Virus record (IMG/VR): IMGVR_UViG_3300017700_000779 | Location: 1-26,584 of that record | DNA: 26,584 bases | Reading direction: 5' to 3' (one strand) | Origin: a virus | Taxonomy: Duplodnaviria; Caudoviricetes | Shown here: piece by piece, positions 8,260 through 15,806 of the stretch | How the letters are laid out: each line of letters opens with the position of its first letter | Numbering within the stretch: position 1 is the stretch's first letter | Position numbers and translations under genes: made by a program | Notes under the pieces: model-generated | Seen by the model: only the letters and a program-made list of their open reading frames with translations | Database searches by the model: none | What the model was told of the DNA's origin: nothing

Positions 8260-9600
8260 TCACCCCATCCAAGCGCCACTCTCGTGGACCATTTCATCTT
8301 CATCAATTTCGCTCTTCTTCTTCGCGCCCCGGATGATCCCGGGGAACAATTCAGCGAGCGCCCAAAATAGTGCGTCAGCCCGGTTCGGAGACCCTGTACC
8401 AACATAGCCGATAGTCGAGAAGTGGACAATCTCTTCTTCCATTTCATCGAAGATACCTACGTGGCGCACTTTACCGGACTCATATAGTGCCGAAAAGGGT
8501 TCCGCCCGTACGTGCTTGCCGCGAGTGGCTGTGACTGTCTTAAACGGGGTCCGGGGACGGCACGTCTGGATCACGAAATTGACCATCGCACCGCCGTAAT
8601 TGGTCTCACCAACCACACAATCGGCAGCATGGCGGTCATAAGCGCTCGTGGCCACCGTGCCCCATGTCTTCGGACCCGCCTTAACCGTACAATCTTCCAG
8701 AATATAGGCATTGCCGTCAATTCCGAGGCCCGCGACCACAATACCGATAGCGTCGTTATCCGCATTGCCTGTATCATCAGCACCAGAGGGGTCGACAGCG
8801 ACCACAATGCGCACCATTTCAGGTACGTCATCGCCGGTTGCCCGCCACATTTCGATGATCTCGTCCTTAAACAGGGCGTTCGGGGTGGCGTCAGCAAATT
8901 CGCCCAGCAGGAAGCGCTTGCGGAGGCGCGGGCTGAGGGCGCGCAAGGTATCCATGTAGCTGGAGGACAGATTCTCGACGTTGTCCTCGGGATTCATCTT
9001 ACATTGGACGTAATCCTCGGGATGCGGAAGATTGGTCTTGGTCTCCGGGTCGATCTTCTGGATGAACATCTTGTATGTCCAGTGCATCTTGTTCGTTGGA
9101 TTGCAGTCGTAGAACATACGTGGCTTGAGGAATTCGCCGGGGCATCCATCCAACGGCGCAAGTTGTGCGAGGCGGGTTGCCGCCATATCCCGGGAATCCT
9201 TAGGGATCTGGGACGCCTCGTTGAGGTACATGGTGGCGTACTCTTGGCCCAGAATCTTCTCGGTACGCTCCTTATCGTCCAGACCACCAAACCAGATCTG
9301 GCTCCCATTAGGGAGAGTCGCGTACCAGTCCGTCTTACTTAGTTGGTACTCGATCCCGGGATAACACAGCTTCATGACCTTCGGGAACGTGTCCAGAATG
9401 ATCGACGCTTTGATGTGATTGAAACGGAAGCGCAGGATCGCATGCCGGGACCCGGACGCCTTGAGCGCGCGTAGGACCACATTGCGGACATGCAGGAACG
9501 TCTTACCTGAGCGGGAACCCCCATAAAGCATGCCGTGGGTGGCCCCACCTGAGAGAATTTCTTGGGCGATCTCTTGCCGCTTGGTGAGCTTGAATGTCAT
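8260..9600 (-). CDS. terL: Terminase large subunit
   Basis: Walker A GGSRSGKT, Walker B-like MYLNEASQ, motif III CNP, nuclease VAVDPS and SPNRADA. Confidence 0.93.
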   Translation of the reverse strand: MTFKLTKRQEIAQEILSGGATHGMLYGGSRSGKTFLHVRNVVLRALKASGSRHAILRFRFNHIKASIILDTFPKVMKLCYPGIEYQLSKTDWYATLPNGSQIWFGGLDDKERTEKILGQEYATMYLNEASQIPKDSRDMAATRLAQLAPLDGCPGEFLKPRMFYDCNPTNKMHWTYKMFIQKIDPETKTNLPHPEDYVQCKMNPEDNVENLSSSYMDTLRALSPRLRKRFLLGEFADATPNALFKDEIIEMWRATGDDVPEMVRIVVAVDPSGADDTGNADNDAIGIVVAGLGIDGNAYILEDCTVKAGPKTWGTVATSAYDRHAADCVVGETNYGGAMVNFVIQTCRPRTPFKTVTATRGKHVRAEPFSALYESGKVRHVGIFDEMEEEIVHFSTIGYVGTGSPNRADALFWALAELFPGIIRGAKKKSEIDEDEMVHESGAWMG

Positions 9601-9707
9601 GACTTAGCGAGCCACATAATAAGATAGAGGAAGCCGCAAACGCCGAGAGTCAGTATAGCGCCAACACCAACGGCAAATCCGAGGGCCAAACCTGCGAGGA
9701 ATGTCAT
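9597..9707 (-). CDS. 36-aa hydrophobic single-TM peptide
   Basis: MTFLAGLALGFAVGVGAILTLGVCGFLYLIMWLAKS*. ATGA overlaps with both the terS stop and the terL start. Confidence 0.65.
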   Translation of the reverse strand: MTFLAGLALGFAVGVGAILTLGVCGFLYLIMWLAKS

Positions 9708-10213
9708 ATGTTTTTGTCGTGCTTCGACGCCATGACTACGTTAATCTGGACGTTGTTGGCACCACCTTTGTTGTTTGCGTCATGCTTCTGATAAATTCCG
9801 ACCGCTTCACCCCGGCTACGTTCCGCCATAAAGGCAGTCTTTAACTGGCCGGTAACGATGGAGAGATCGCGGATCTTGGCCAGTTGATCCAAATGCGCGC
9901 CGACTGAAATAAGCGAGGCGTCTTGAACTGCCTCAGTAATACTGCGAATCTTGAGCGCGATAGCGGGCTTGCAGAGCAGAGCCTTGCCCCGAGCAAGCGG
10001 CATGTCGTGTTCGTCTGGAAAGGCCATTCGATAAGCGGCAGCGATATTACCTGCACATTCAATGATGGCGAGCGCAAACGTCTCTTCGTCCCGGGTAAGT
10101 GGCGGATACTCGTGCACTTCGGCTGGGGGAGGGTTCAAGTCGACCAAGGGACGTGGCTCGGGTTCAGCCGTGATAAGGTCCAGATGGGAATGTGTGGTTT
10201 GGTCGGTTTCCAT
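9704..10213 (-). CDS. terS: Terminase small subunit (putative)
   Basis: LTRDEETFALAIIECAGNIAAAYRMAFP...GKALLCKPAIALKI fits the terS helix-turn-helix pattern. First gene upstream of terL. Confidence 0.75.
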   Translation of the reverse strand: METDQTTHSHLDLITAEPEPRPLVDLNPPPAEVHEYPPLTRDEETFALAIIECAGNIAAAYRMAFPDEHDMPLARGKALLCKPAIALKIRSITEAVQDASLISVGAHLDQLAKIRDLSIVTGQLKTAFMAERSRGEAVGIYQKHDANNKGGANNVQINVVMASKHDKNI

Positions 10214-10219
10214 ATACGG

Positions 10220-10248
10220 AGTATAGCACGGGCGATGCTTCCTGTCAA
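10220..10248 (-). promoter_or_regulatory. Sigma70-type promoter of the packaging/structural operon
   Basis: Minus strand TTGACA-GGAAGCATCGCCCGTGC (17 nt)-TATACT. The terS ATG starts 7 nt after the -10 box. Confidence 0.8.
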
Positions 10249-10553
10249 TATTTCATTCGTGGTACATATGCCAATTGCCGGAGTATATTCGCTGGGGAGC
10301 GGGAGCGATAGACGGGGGTATGTGGTGCACGGGCCACCATTACAGGAACAAGAATGAAAGGAGCATACAGAAGCGTGATCCCAATTAAGAAGTACCCTTT
10401 CTCCGGTCCAAGGGGTGGGGGTGGCATCCGCGCATTGCAGTCCCCGGCCAGTGGCCCTTCCCTTGGTATGCTTCTTGCTTTCATCACCATCTGGCACGAA
10501 TCTTGCCTTCTTGTTCCTGTTCCTCTCCGCTGGGTATGGGCAGGCCCTAAGAT

Positions 10554-10569
10554 CGTTCCACGTGGAACC
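10554..10569. promoter_or_regulatory. parS: parS-like palindrome, copy 1
   Basis: cGTTCCACGTGGAACc contains a perfect 14-bp palindrome matching the chromosomal parS consensus TGTTNCACGTGNAACA. Intergenic. Confidence 0.7.
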
Positions 10570-10629
10570 TTGGACGAGGGGCCGACGTTTATTCTCCTAC
10601 TGGACCGAGGGCCACCATACCCCCCTCCT

Positions 10630-10907
10630 CCACTCCTACCCCTCCTATACTCCGTCAGGGAGGTCCGGATGTCCTATGTGTGCACGTCTCTATACCCCCT
10701 CAGACCCCACACTCTCCGAAAAACTCTCATATATAGGAGGGGTAGGAGTGGGGTGGAGTGTCGACTGGGAGACTATCAGGAGTGGAGGTAGGAGCAGGGG
10801 GAATCCACTCCATATCTGAAGCCCTTGCAGAGCACTGTCCATAGCTCGAGACTATCGGCGAGGCGCTCCTCATAGTAGGAGTGGGGTGGAGGGGCCTCCT
10901 ACCTCCA
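10630..10907. repeat. Cluster of purine/pyrimidine-skewed inverted and direct repeats (candidate origin or packaging/terminus region)
   Basis: 20-bp perfect IR at 10630-10649/10732-10751. 17-bp direct repeat GTAGGAGTGGGGTGGAG at 10742-10758 and 10875-10891. 12-bp IR at 10783-10794/10896-10907. Confidence 0.7.
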
Positions 10908-11305
10908 AGCTCGGCCTCTGACCCGCCGTCCACCTACCATAGTCCAAGCTCCGTGTCAATCCCTGTGGTGTCCACGCAACGTCAGCCACTCGCCCTCGTC
11001 CATGCTCCAAGGAAACAGCCTCGTCAACCTACTTTGAGTGGCCCGTCCTGACCTTTGAGACGCTCCTCGACCACATATAGCCCGCAATCTCCGTGATGAG
11101 AACGGCGATACCTCCCGTCAAGCTTTCCGGGCGGAGACCTGTCCAATCAGACGCCTGCGCGCTGCCTCTCCGATATGAATCACATCACGTGACGCTTGAC
11201 AGCGACTCTCGCCTGTGTTTTCGTGCGTGCGCCTGTGTCGCGCATTTTTAAAGCTGCCTGTCTCGATGACCTTGTGGTGTCTGTGCAACATCGTATTTGA
11301 GATAC

Positions 11306-11335
11306 TTGTGTGCTGCCTATCTGCCGTGTTTTAAT
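11306..11335 (+). promoter_or_regulatory. Putative early promoter (extended -10)
   Basis: TTGTGT-18 nt-TTTAAT with TGn. Shares CGTGTTTTAATnGnGGTTC with the promoter at 12867. Confidence 0.55.
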
Positions 11336-11404
11336 AGAGGTTCGGTGGTGCCAAACAGCACACCGGGGCATCCCGCCCACCCCATAGCCAATAGGAGCCA
11401 TACC

Positions 11405-12124
11405 ATGAAATCGACCACCACCAAAGCAGCCACCGCCCAAGCCAAACTGGACGCTGTCCTGAATCTGATCGCCGCTCCAGCTGTTGAAGTCCAGCAGGTC
11501 CCAGCCAAGCCAACCGCAGCCCAGCGCAAATCTGCAGCCAGCGCCAAGCGCATCAAGGCCGACGTTGCCCAGCAGATTGCAGCCCAGCCGCAAGTCGATC
11601 ACAAGCCTTCGAACCTGACCATCAGCAAGCTCATCGCCGAGCAGGACAAATCTAACGCCGCCGCGATCACGACCTTCATAAACTCCAAGGACGAGGACGG
11701 TGCCCCAGCACCGACCGGCTACCAAGGCCCGATGAAGGCGCTGCGCGACCGCGTCAAGGCAGGCAAGTACACCAAAGCAGCAAACGGCCAGCCAAGCTGC
11801 GGTGATGAAGTGGCCCAAACCCTCGGCGCGCTGGAGCCAACCGAAGTCATCAAGGCGTGCATGATCGCGATGGACATCGCCAACCCTTATCTGAACTTGA
11901 ACATCGGCCAGCAGAGCATGAACCTGCGGAACAAGCTGCGCGGCCAACTCAAACGCGGTGAAATCGGGATGGGTGTGCTGCGCGAGGCCGTCGAAGTGGT
12001 CATCGAGGGCCGTCCGGTCAAGACGGCTACCCCTGCCCCGGCACCAGCGCCCGAAGTCAAGGAAGAGGCTCCGAAGGCCCCCGCGAAGCCAGCCAAGACC
12101 CGCGCCGCCAAAGCCAAGAAATAA
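11405..12124 (+). CDS. Lys/Ala-rich early protein, paralog A (possible DNA-binding protein)
   Basis: Start MKSTTTK after AGGAG. Core NPYLNLNIGQQSMNLRNKLRG with histone-H1-like Lys/Ala/Pro tails. Confidence 0.7.
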   Translation: MKSTTTKAATAQAKLDAVLNLIAAPAVEVQQVPAKPTAAQRKSAASAKRIKADVAQQIAAQPQVDHKPSNLTISKLIAEQDKSNAAAITTFINSKDEDGAPAPTGYQGPMKALRDRVKAGKYTKAANGQPSCGDEVAQTLGALEPTEVIKACMIAMDIANPYLNLNIGQQSMNLRNKLRGQLKRGEIGMGVLREAVEVVIEGRPVKTATPAPAPAPEVKEEAPKAPAKPAKTRAAKAKK

Positions 12125-12180
12125 GACGAGCAAACCGGCCCGCCATCACGGGGGCGCGACCCACCAATCAGGAGAACACT

Positions 12181-12303
12181 ATGTTTGTCGAAGAATTAGA
12201 AGTTGAGGTCATCGAGCCTCTGGCATCCCCCGAAGAAATCGCGCAGCACTGGGCTGACCTCGAAGCAAGCTGGACCCTGCGTCCCGGCGAGTGCGATTAC
12301 TAA
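12181..12303 (+). CDS. 40-aa acidic hypothetical peptide
   Basis: AGGAG RBS, then MFVEELEVEVIEPLASPEEIAQHWADLEASWTLRPGECDY*. Confidence 0.6.
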   Translation: MFVEELEVEVIEPLASPEEIAQHWADLEASWTLRPGECDY

Positions 12304-12358
12304 GGTCCCAGCCCGAGCCTCTGCCAAGTGCGGGGATTCGGACGGGTATCTTGCCCGG

Positions 12359-12374
12359 CGTTCCACGTGGAACA
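12359..12374. promoter_or_regulatory. parS: parS-like palindrome, copy 2
   Basis: cGTTCCACGTGGAACA, with a 14-bp core identical to copy 1. Intergenic once the downstream start is placed at 12397. Confidence 0.72.
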
Positions 12375-12396
12375 AATAGTCAATAGGAGCCAAGTA

Positions 12397-12843
12397 ATGA
12401 AGATCTTACGTATGAAAATCACGCCACGCCCTGAGTCCGGTATGACCGAGTTGAGCTTTTACAGCTGCCCGGATGTCAAAGGTGACCCAGCCAAGACCCT
12501 CGCACATATCCAACGTGTGGCGGATCAGAAGCAAGTCGGATGCGATTACGAAATCTGTGATGAGCGCACTTACTGGGCGGTCCGGGGCGCGCGCATGTGG
12601 TTGATTAGTGAACCCGGGGATAAGAAGGCAGACGCCCGGTTCCGCCAAGAGTTGGTTTCGGCGGGTATTCTTGATACCAAAGATCGTCCAGTCGCGATGG
12701 TTTGCACTGGTGAAGATGACCATCGCGTGCAAGTATTGACCGACCTCGAAACCACGATGATTGACACCAAGTCAGGTGAGATTACGGTCACCCCCCGGCC
12801 CGGGTTCAGCCCAGCTTACGCTCCAGTCACGAAAGTAATGTGA
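12397..12843 (+). CDS. Hypothetical protein
   Basis: Start MKILRMK after AATAGGAG. No recognisable motif. Confidence 0.6.
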   Translation: MKILRMKITPRPESGMTELSFYSCPDVKGDPAKTLAHIQRVADQKQVGCDYEICDERTYWAVRGARMWLISEPGDKKADARFRQELVSAGILDTKDRPVAMVCTGEDDHRVQVLTDLETTMIDTKSGEITVTPRPGFSPAYAPVTKVM

Positions 12844-12866
12844 TATGAACGTGCGCACGCGATGGG

Positions 12867-12896
12867 TTGACAAGCACTCCCGTCGCGTGTTTTAAT
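12867..12896 (+). promoter_or_regulatory. Sigma70-type early promoter
   Basis: TTGACA-18 nt-TTTAAT with an extended -10 TG. Confidence 0.7.
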
Positions 12897-12955
12897 CGGG
12901 GTTCTCGTTTGAGACCCACCCGCCCATCTGGGCTAATTCATTGAAGGAGCCTATC

Positions 12956-13744
12956 ATGGCCAAAGCAAAACCAGCATCCGCCCAATCGACCGGCGCAGCC
13001 GTCGCCCCTAAAGCCGCCAAGGCCCCCGCGACCGACACCCCGAAGGGCTTCCAAGAACCGAAAACGGGCGGCACCGTGACCGCCAATCCGCCAATCGAAG
13101 GCGACGCAGCTGTTATCGCGAAAGCCAAGAAAGAAGCATCCGAACGCGACGCCGCCGCCAGAGCTGAAAAGGACAAGATCAAGGCCGACAAGGCAGCAGC
13201 CAAGAAAGTTGATCAAGACGCGAAAGCAGCCGAACGCGCAACCAAGAAAGCCGAACGCGAAGCACGCATCGCGGCACTGGCTGCTGACGGCAAGAACTAC
13301 ACCGGCTCGATGCTGGCGCTGGCCGATCGCGTCAAGCAGGGCGTTTACGTCGTCGGTGCTACTGGCCAGCTGCGTTCCAATGATGAACTGGCACAAGCGC
13401 TCGATGGCGTCAGCGCCACTGACGTGATTCGCGTTGGTCTGGATGTCCTCAAGATCGAAGACAATCCGTACACCGCCCTGAACGTCGGTCAACAGTCGAT
13501 GAACCTGCGCAACCGCATGCGCGGCGCAATCAAGAAAGAAACGCTGACCATTGCGGCCATCACCGACTACATCGTGCGCAACAAGATCACCGTGACGCCA
13601 GCCGTCAGCGCCGAAGAAAAGGCAGCAGCCAAGGCCGAGAAAGTCGCCAAGGCCGCAAAAGCGAAGGCCGACAAGGAAGCAGCAGCCGCTGCCAAGCCGG
13701 TCGCGAAAGAAGCAGCAAAGCCGGTGGAAACCGCCGCCGCGTAA
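12956..13744 (+). CDS. Lys/Ala-rich early protein, paralog B (possible DNA-binding protein)
   Basis: Start MAKAKPA after AAGGAG. Core NPYTALNVGQQSMNLRNRMRG with Lys/Ala/Glu-rich flanks. Confidence 0.75.
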   Translation: MAKAKPASAQSTGAAVAPKAAKAPATDTPKGFQEPKTGGTVTANPPIEGDAAVIAKAKKEASERDAAARAEKDKIKADKAAAKKVDQDAKAAERATKKAEREARIAALAADGKNYTGSMLALADRVKQGVYVVGATGQLRSNDELAQALDGVSATDVIRVGLDVLKIEDNPYTALNVGQQSMNLRNRMRGAIKKETLTIAAITDYIVRNKITVTPAVSAEEKAAAKAEKVAKAAKAKADKEAAAAAKPVAKEAAKPVETAAA

Positions 13745-13762
13745 AACGGCGTTGTAAGACGG

Positions 13763-13789
13763 AATCGGGGGCTTCGGCCCTCGATTTTT
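13763..13789 (+). terminator. Intrinsic terminator
   Basis: AATCGGGGGC-TTCG-GCCCTCGATT followed by a T run. Confidence 0.8.
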
Positions 13790-13820
13790 ATGAAGTACCC
13801 ATAGTCTAATAGGATATAAA

Positions 13821-14261
13821 ATGAACAACATACAGTTAGCAATAGCTATCGCGTGTATCTATTTTGCTGGAGTTGGGGCCATGTGCTGGGCAATCAGCCG
13901 TGCTCGACCTCTCCAGACTGTCGACGGACGTACCGAGGACTGCAGCGCTGGTACTGCCGCGCCTCTCGTGGCCAGTCCCATGGGCGTGAGCCGTGATATC
14001 GATGTCGACAGCCCTCCGGTGACGCTCAAGCTGCCTCCTGTGTACTCAGACGGTGACCTGCTCGTAACGTGCAAACGCGTGTTACTGATCACAGGCTGCA
14101 CTGATCCAATGCTCTGGTATTCACGGATGGTTGGTGAAGAGGTGCCTTACCTCGGTAAGTGGGAAGCCGATAAGTGCTTCAAGAGCCGCGAGCCTGCTGG
14201 GTACGTGAACATTGTGCACTTCAAGGACGCCCGCGTAATCATCAAGGAGTCGACCAAATGA
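13821..14261 (+). CDS. Hypothetical protein with an N-terminal hydrophobic segment
   Basis: ORF track, AGGA RBS, N-terminal TM-like stretch. Confidence 0.6.
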   Translation: MNNIQLAIAIACIYFAGVGAMCWAISRARPLQTVDGRTEDCSAGTAAPLVASPMGVSRDIDVDSPPVTLKLPPVYSDGDLLVTCKRVLLITGCTDPMLWYSRMVGEEVPYLGKWEADKCFKSREPAGYVNIVHFKDARVIIKESTK

Positions 14262-14647
14262 GAACTCAAGCTACGTTATATACACTGGAATCAATTCCAG
14301 TACAAGTATCGGGCGAGTATTTCGAAATGGCTCGCTTTCCGCCGCTCCGTGCTTATGACGGTAACTTTCTGACACTAATGTCGGACACCGTCAAGATCGA
14401 TCGCATGCCAGTTCATCACATTCATATTGTTAAGCGCGGAGGAGCAGTCCAAAGCGACTACATTATTATCGCGCCTGAACTGCACGCCATCCTGAATTTG
14501 CCTTACGAAGAAGCGTTGCGTAAAGCTTATCAGAAACAATCGGATGCGGAAACATTAGCCCATGCGGCACAGGGGGCGATTCAAAAATTCAATGCTCTAC
14601 CATGGTACAAGCGTGTCCGGGTGGCCTTGACTGGAGGATTCAAATGA
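14258..14647 (+). CDS. Hypothetical protein
   Basis: Start MRTQATL at an ATGA overlap with AAGGAG RBS. Confidence 0.6.
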   Translation: MRTQATLYTLESIPVQVSGEYFEMARFPPLRAYDGNFLTLMSDTVKIDRMPVHHIHIVKRGGAVQSDYIIIAPELHAILNLPYEEALRKAYQKQSDAETLAHAAQGAIQKFNALPWYKRVRVALTGGFK

Positions 14648-14868
14648 CCCACTCTCATTTCACGGGCGAGGACTTCGATGCCGCCGACCACGTTGGGGAA
14701 ATCCGCCGCCGTCCTACGGTGGCCATTCACACGCTTGCTCGTCCCCTCGCGAAGATCGCCAAGTGCGAACACGATTGGCCCGAGTCGGATCGCGGCACCG
14801 ACATTGACGGCTCCTGTACTAAGTGCGGTATATCCTTCCTGCTCTACATTCACACGGAGTGCCCGTGA
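14644..14868 (+). CDS. Small Cys/His (zinc-binding-like) protein
   Basis: Start MTHSHF at an ATGA overlap with GGAGG RBS. Contains CEHDW...CTKCG. Confidence 0.55.
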   Translation: MTHSHFTGEDFDAADHVGEIRRRPTVAIHTLARPLAKIAKCEHDWPESDRGTDIDGSCTKCGISFLLYIHTECP

Positions 14869-15029
14869 GCTTTGCGGAAATGACCGAAAAGGAGTTCAAG
14901 AAGGAAATCGCGAAGATGGACCCGGCGCACCGGGTTCTGGCCCGAATCGAACGAGCAAAGCAGCAGATGCGGCTTGAAAATCAACCTAAGGAGCAGGAAT
15001 CATGGCACTCGCACCAAACATCGCAGTAA
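14865..15029 (+). CDS. Small hypothetical protein
   Basis: GTGA overlap start with GGAG RBS. Charged helical sequence. Confidence 0.45.
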   Translation: MSFAEMTEKEFKKEIAKMDPAHRVLARIERAKQQMRLENQPKEQESWHSHQTSQ

Positions 15030-15355
15030 TCAATATCGGCGGTTCCGAATTCGCAATCGAGGACTCCCAATCGGCGCTTGAACTCATGGCCATCATGAGC
15101 AAGGCGGTGCAGCTGGATAATTACCTGTATTCGGTCCGGGAATATACGGACGCGGAATTTTGCCTCGCCGAAGACCAGAGCTTGCCCGCATTGAAGTTCA
15201 TTAGCCTCCGTAAGTTAGACGGCCTGCGTACCCGTAAGGAAATCCAAGAGCAAGGCGAACGCGAAAAGAAGGATCGCGAAGACATGGAGCAGAACATGAA
15301 AGACGTGACCCGTGTTGAATTACCTGCGCCCGCACCGGCACCGGAGCCATTCTAA
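15002..15355 (+). CDS. Hypothetical protein
   Basis: ORF track. AAGGAG/AGGA RBS. Confidence 0.6.
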   Translation: MALAPNIAVINIGGSEFAIEDSQSALELMAIMSKAVQLDNYLYSVREYTDAEFCLAEDQSLPALKFISLRKLDGLRTRKEIQEQGEREKKDREDMEQNMKDVTRVELPAPAPAPEPF

Positions 15356-15588
15356 TGTTGGCCCTCTACATATTACTCGCCCTCGTCGGTCTGGCAGCAG
15401 TCCATTTCATCGGCTGGTCCCAAGGTCGCGCTGTGGGGCGTCGCGAAGGTCATCACGGCGGTATGGAGGCTGGTAAGCGCGCTACGGTCAACGCCCTGCT
15501 CCAGACGTTGCCGGACCCGATTTTCCTGAAATACGAGAACCTGATGTACCTGTTAACCCGCTTGCGGGATGAGGAGATAACGAAATGA
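15355..15588 (+). CDS. Small membrane-anchored hypothetical protein
   Basis: TAATG overlap. N-terminal TM helix followed by GxxxG repeats. Confidence 0.6.
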   Translation: MLALYILLALVGLAAVHFIGWSQGRAVGRREGHHGGMEAGKRATVNALLQTLPDPIFLKYENLMYLLTRLRDEEITK

Positions 15589-15806
15589 ACACCACACCAG
15601 AAGGCGTGCAGATGCAGACCGTTGCTGAACACGCGTTAGAAGACGCCCGCATCGCTCGGCTCACTTTCAGGGTCTGGCCGCTGCCGATAGAACTGCTCGG
15701 GGGTCTGCAGGTCGCTATCGAAAAAGCAGCAGGAGAGTACCTCGTCGCCGCAGGGCTGGTATCTGGCGAGCGTGTCGACCTGACGGCCCGGGGGACTATC
15801 CAGTGA
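15585..15806 (+). CDS. Hypothetical protein
   Basis: ATGA overlap, GAGGAG RBS. Confidence 0.55.
   Translation: MNTTPEGVQMQTVAEHALEDARIARLTFRVWPLPIELLGGLQVAIEKAAGEYLVAAGLVSGERVDLTARGTIQ

Noticed and set aside
10135-10933. ORFs in the central intergenic region (10135-10497, 10354-10791, 10415-10819, 10727-10933)
   Set aside because: Mutually overlapping low-complexity translations of repeat DNA with no recognisable motifs.
10600-10960. CRISPR array or transposon ends
   Set aside because: The repeats are irregularly spaced and mixed in orientation, with no repeat-spacer periodicity and no cas or transposase gene.
10930-11225. Extra TTGACA hexamers (minus strand near 10954-10959, plus strand near 11196-11201) as promoters
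   Set aside because: Their -10 elements are poor (TAGGTG, TTTCGT), so they were not called.
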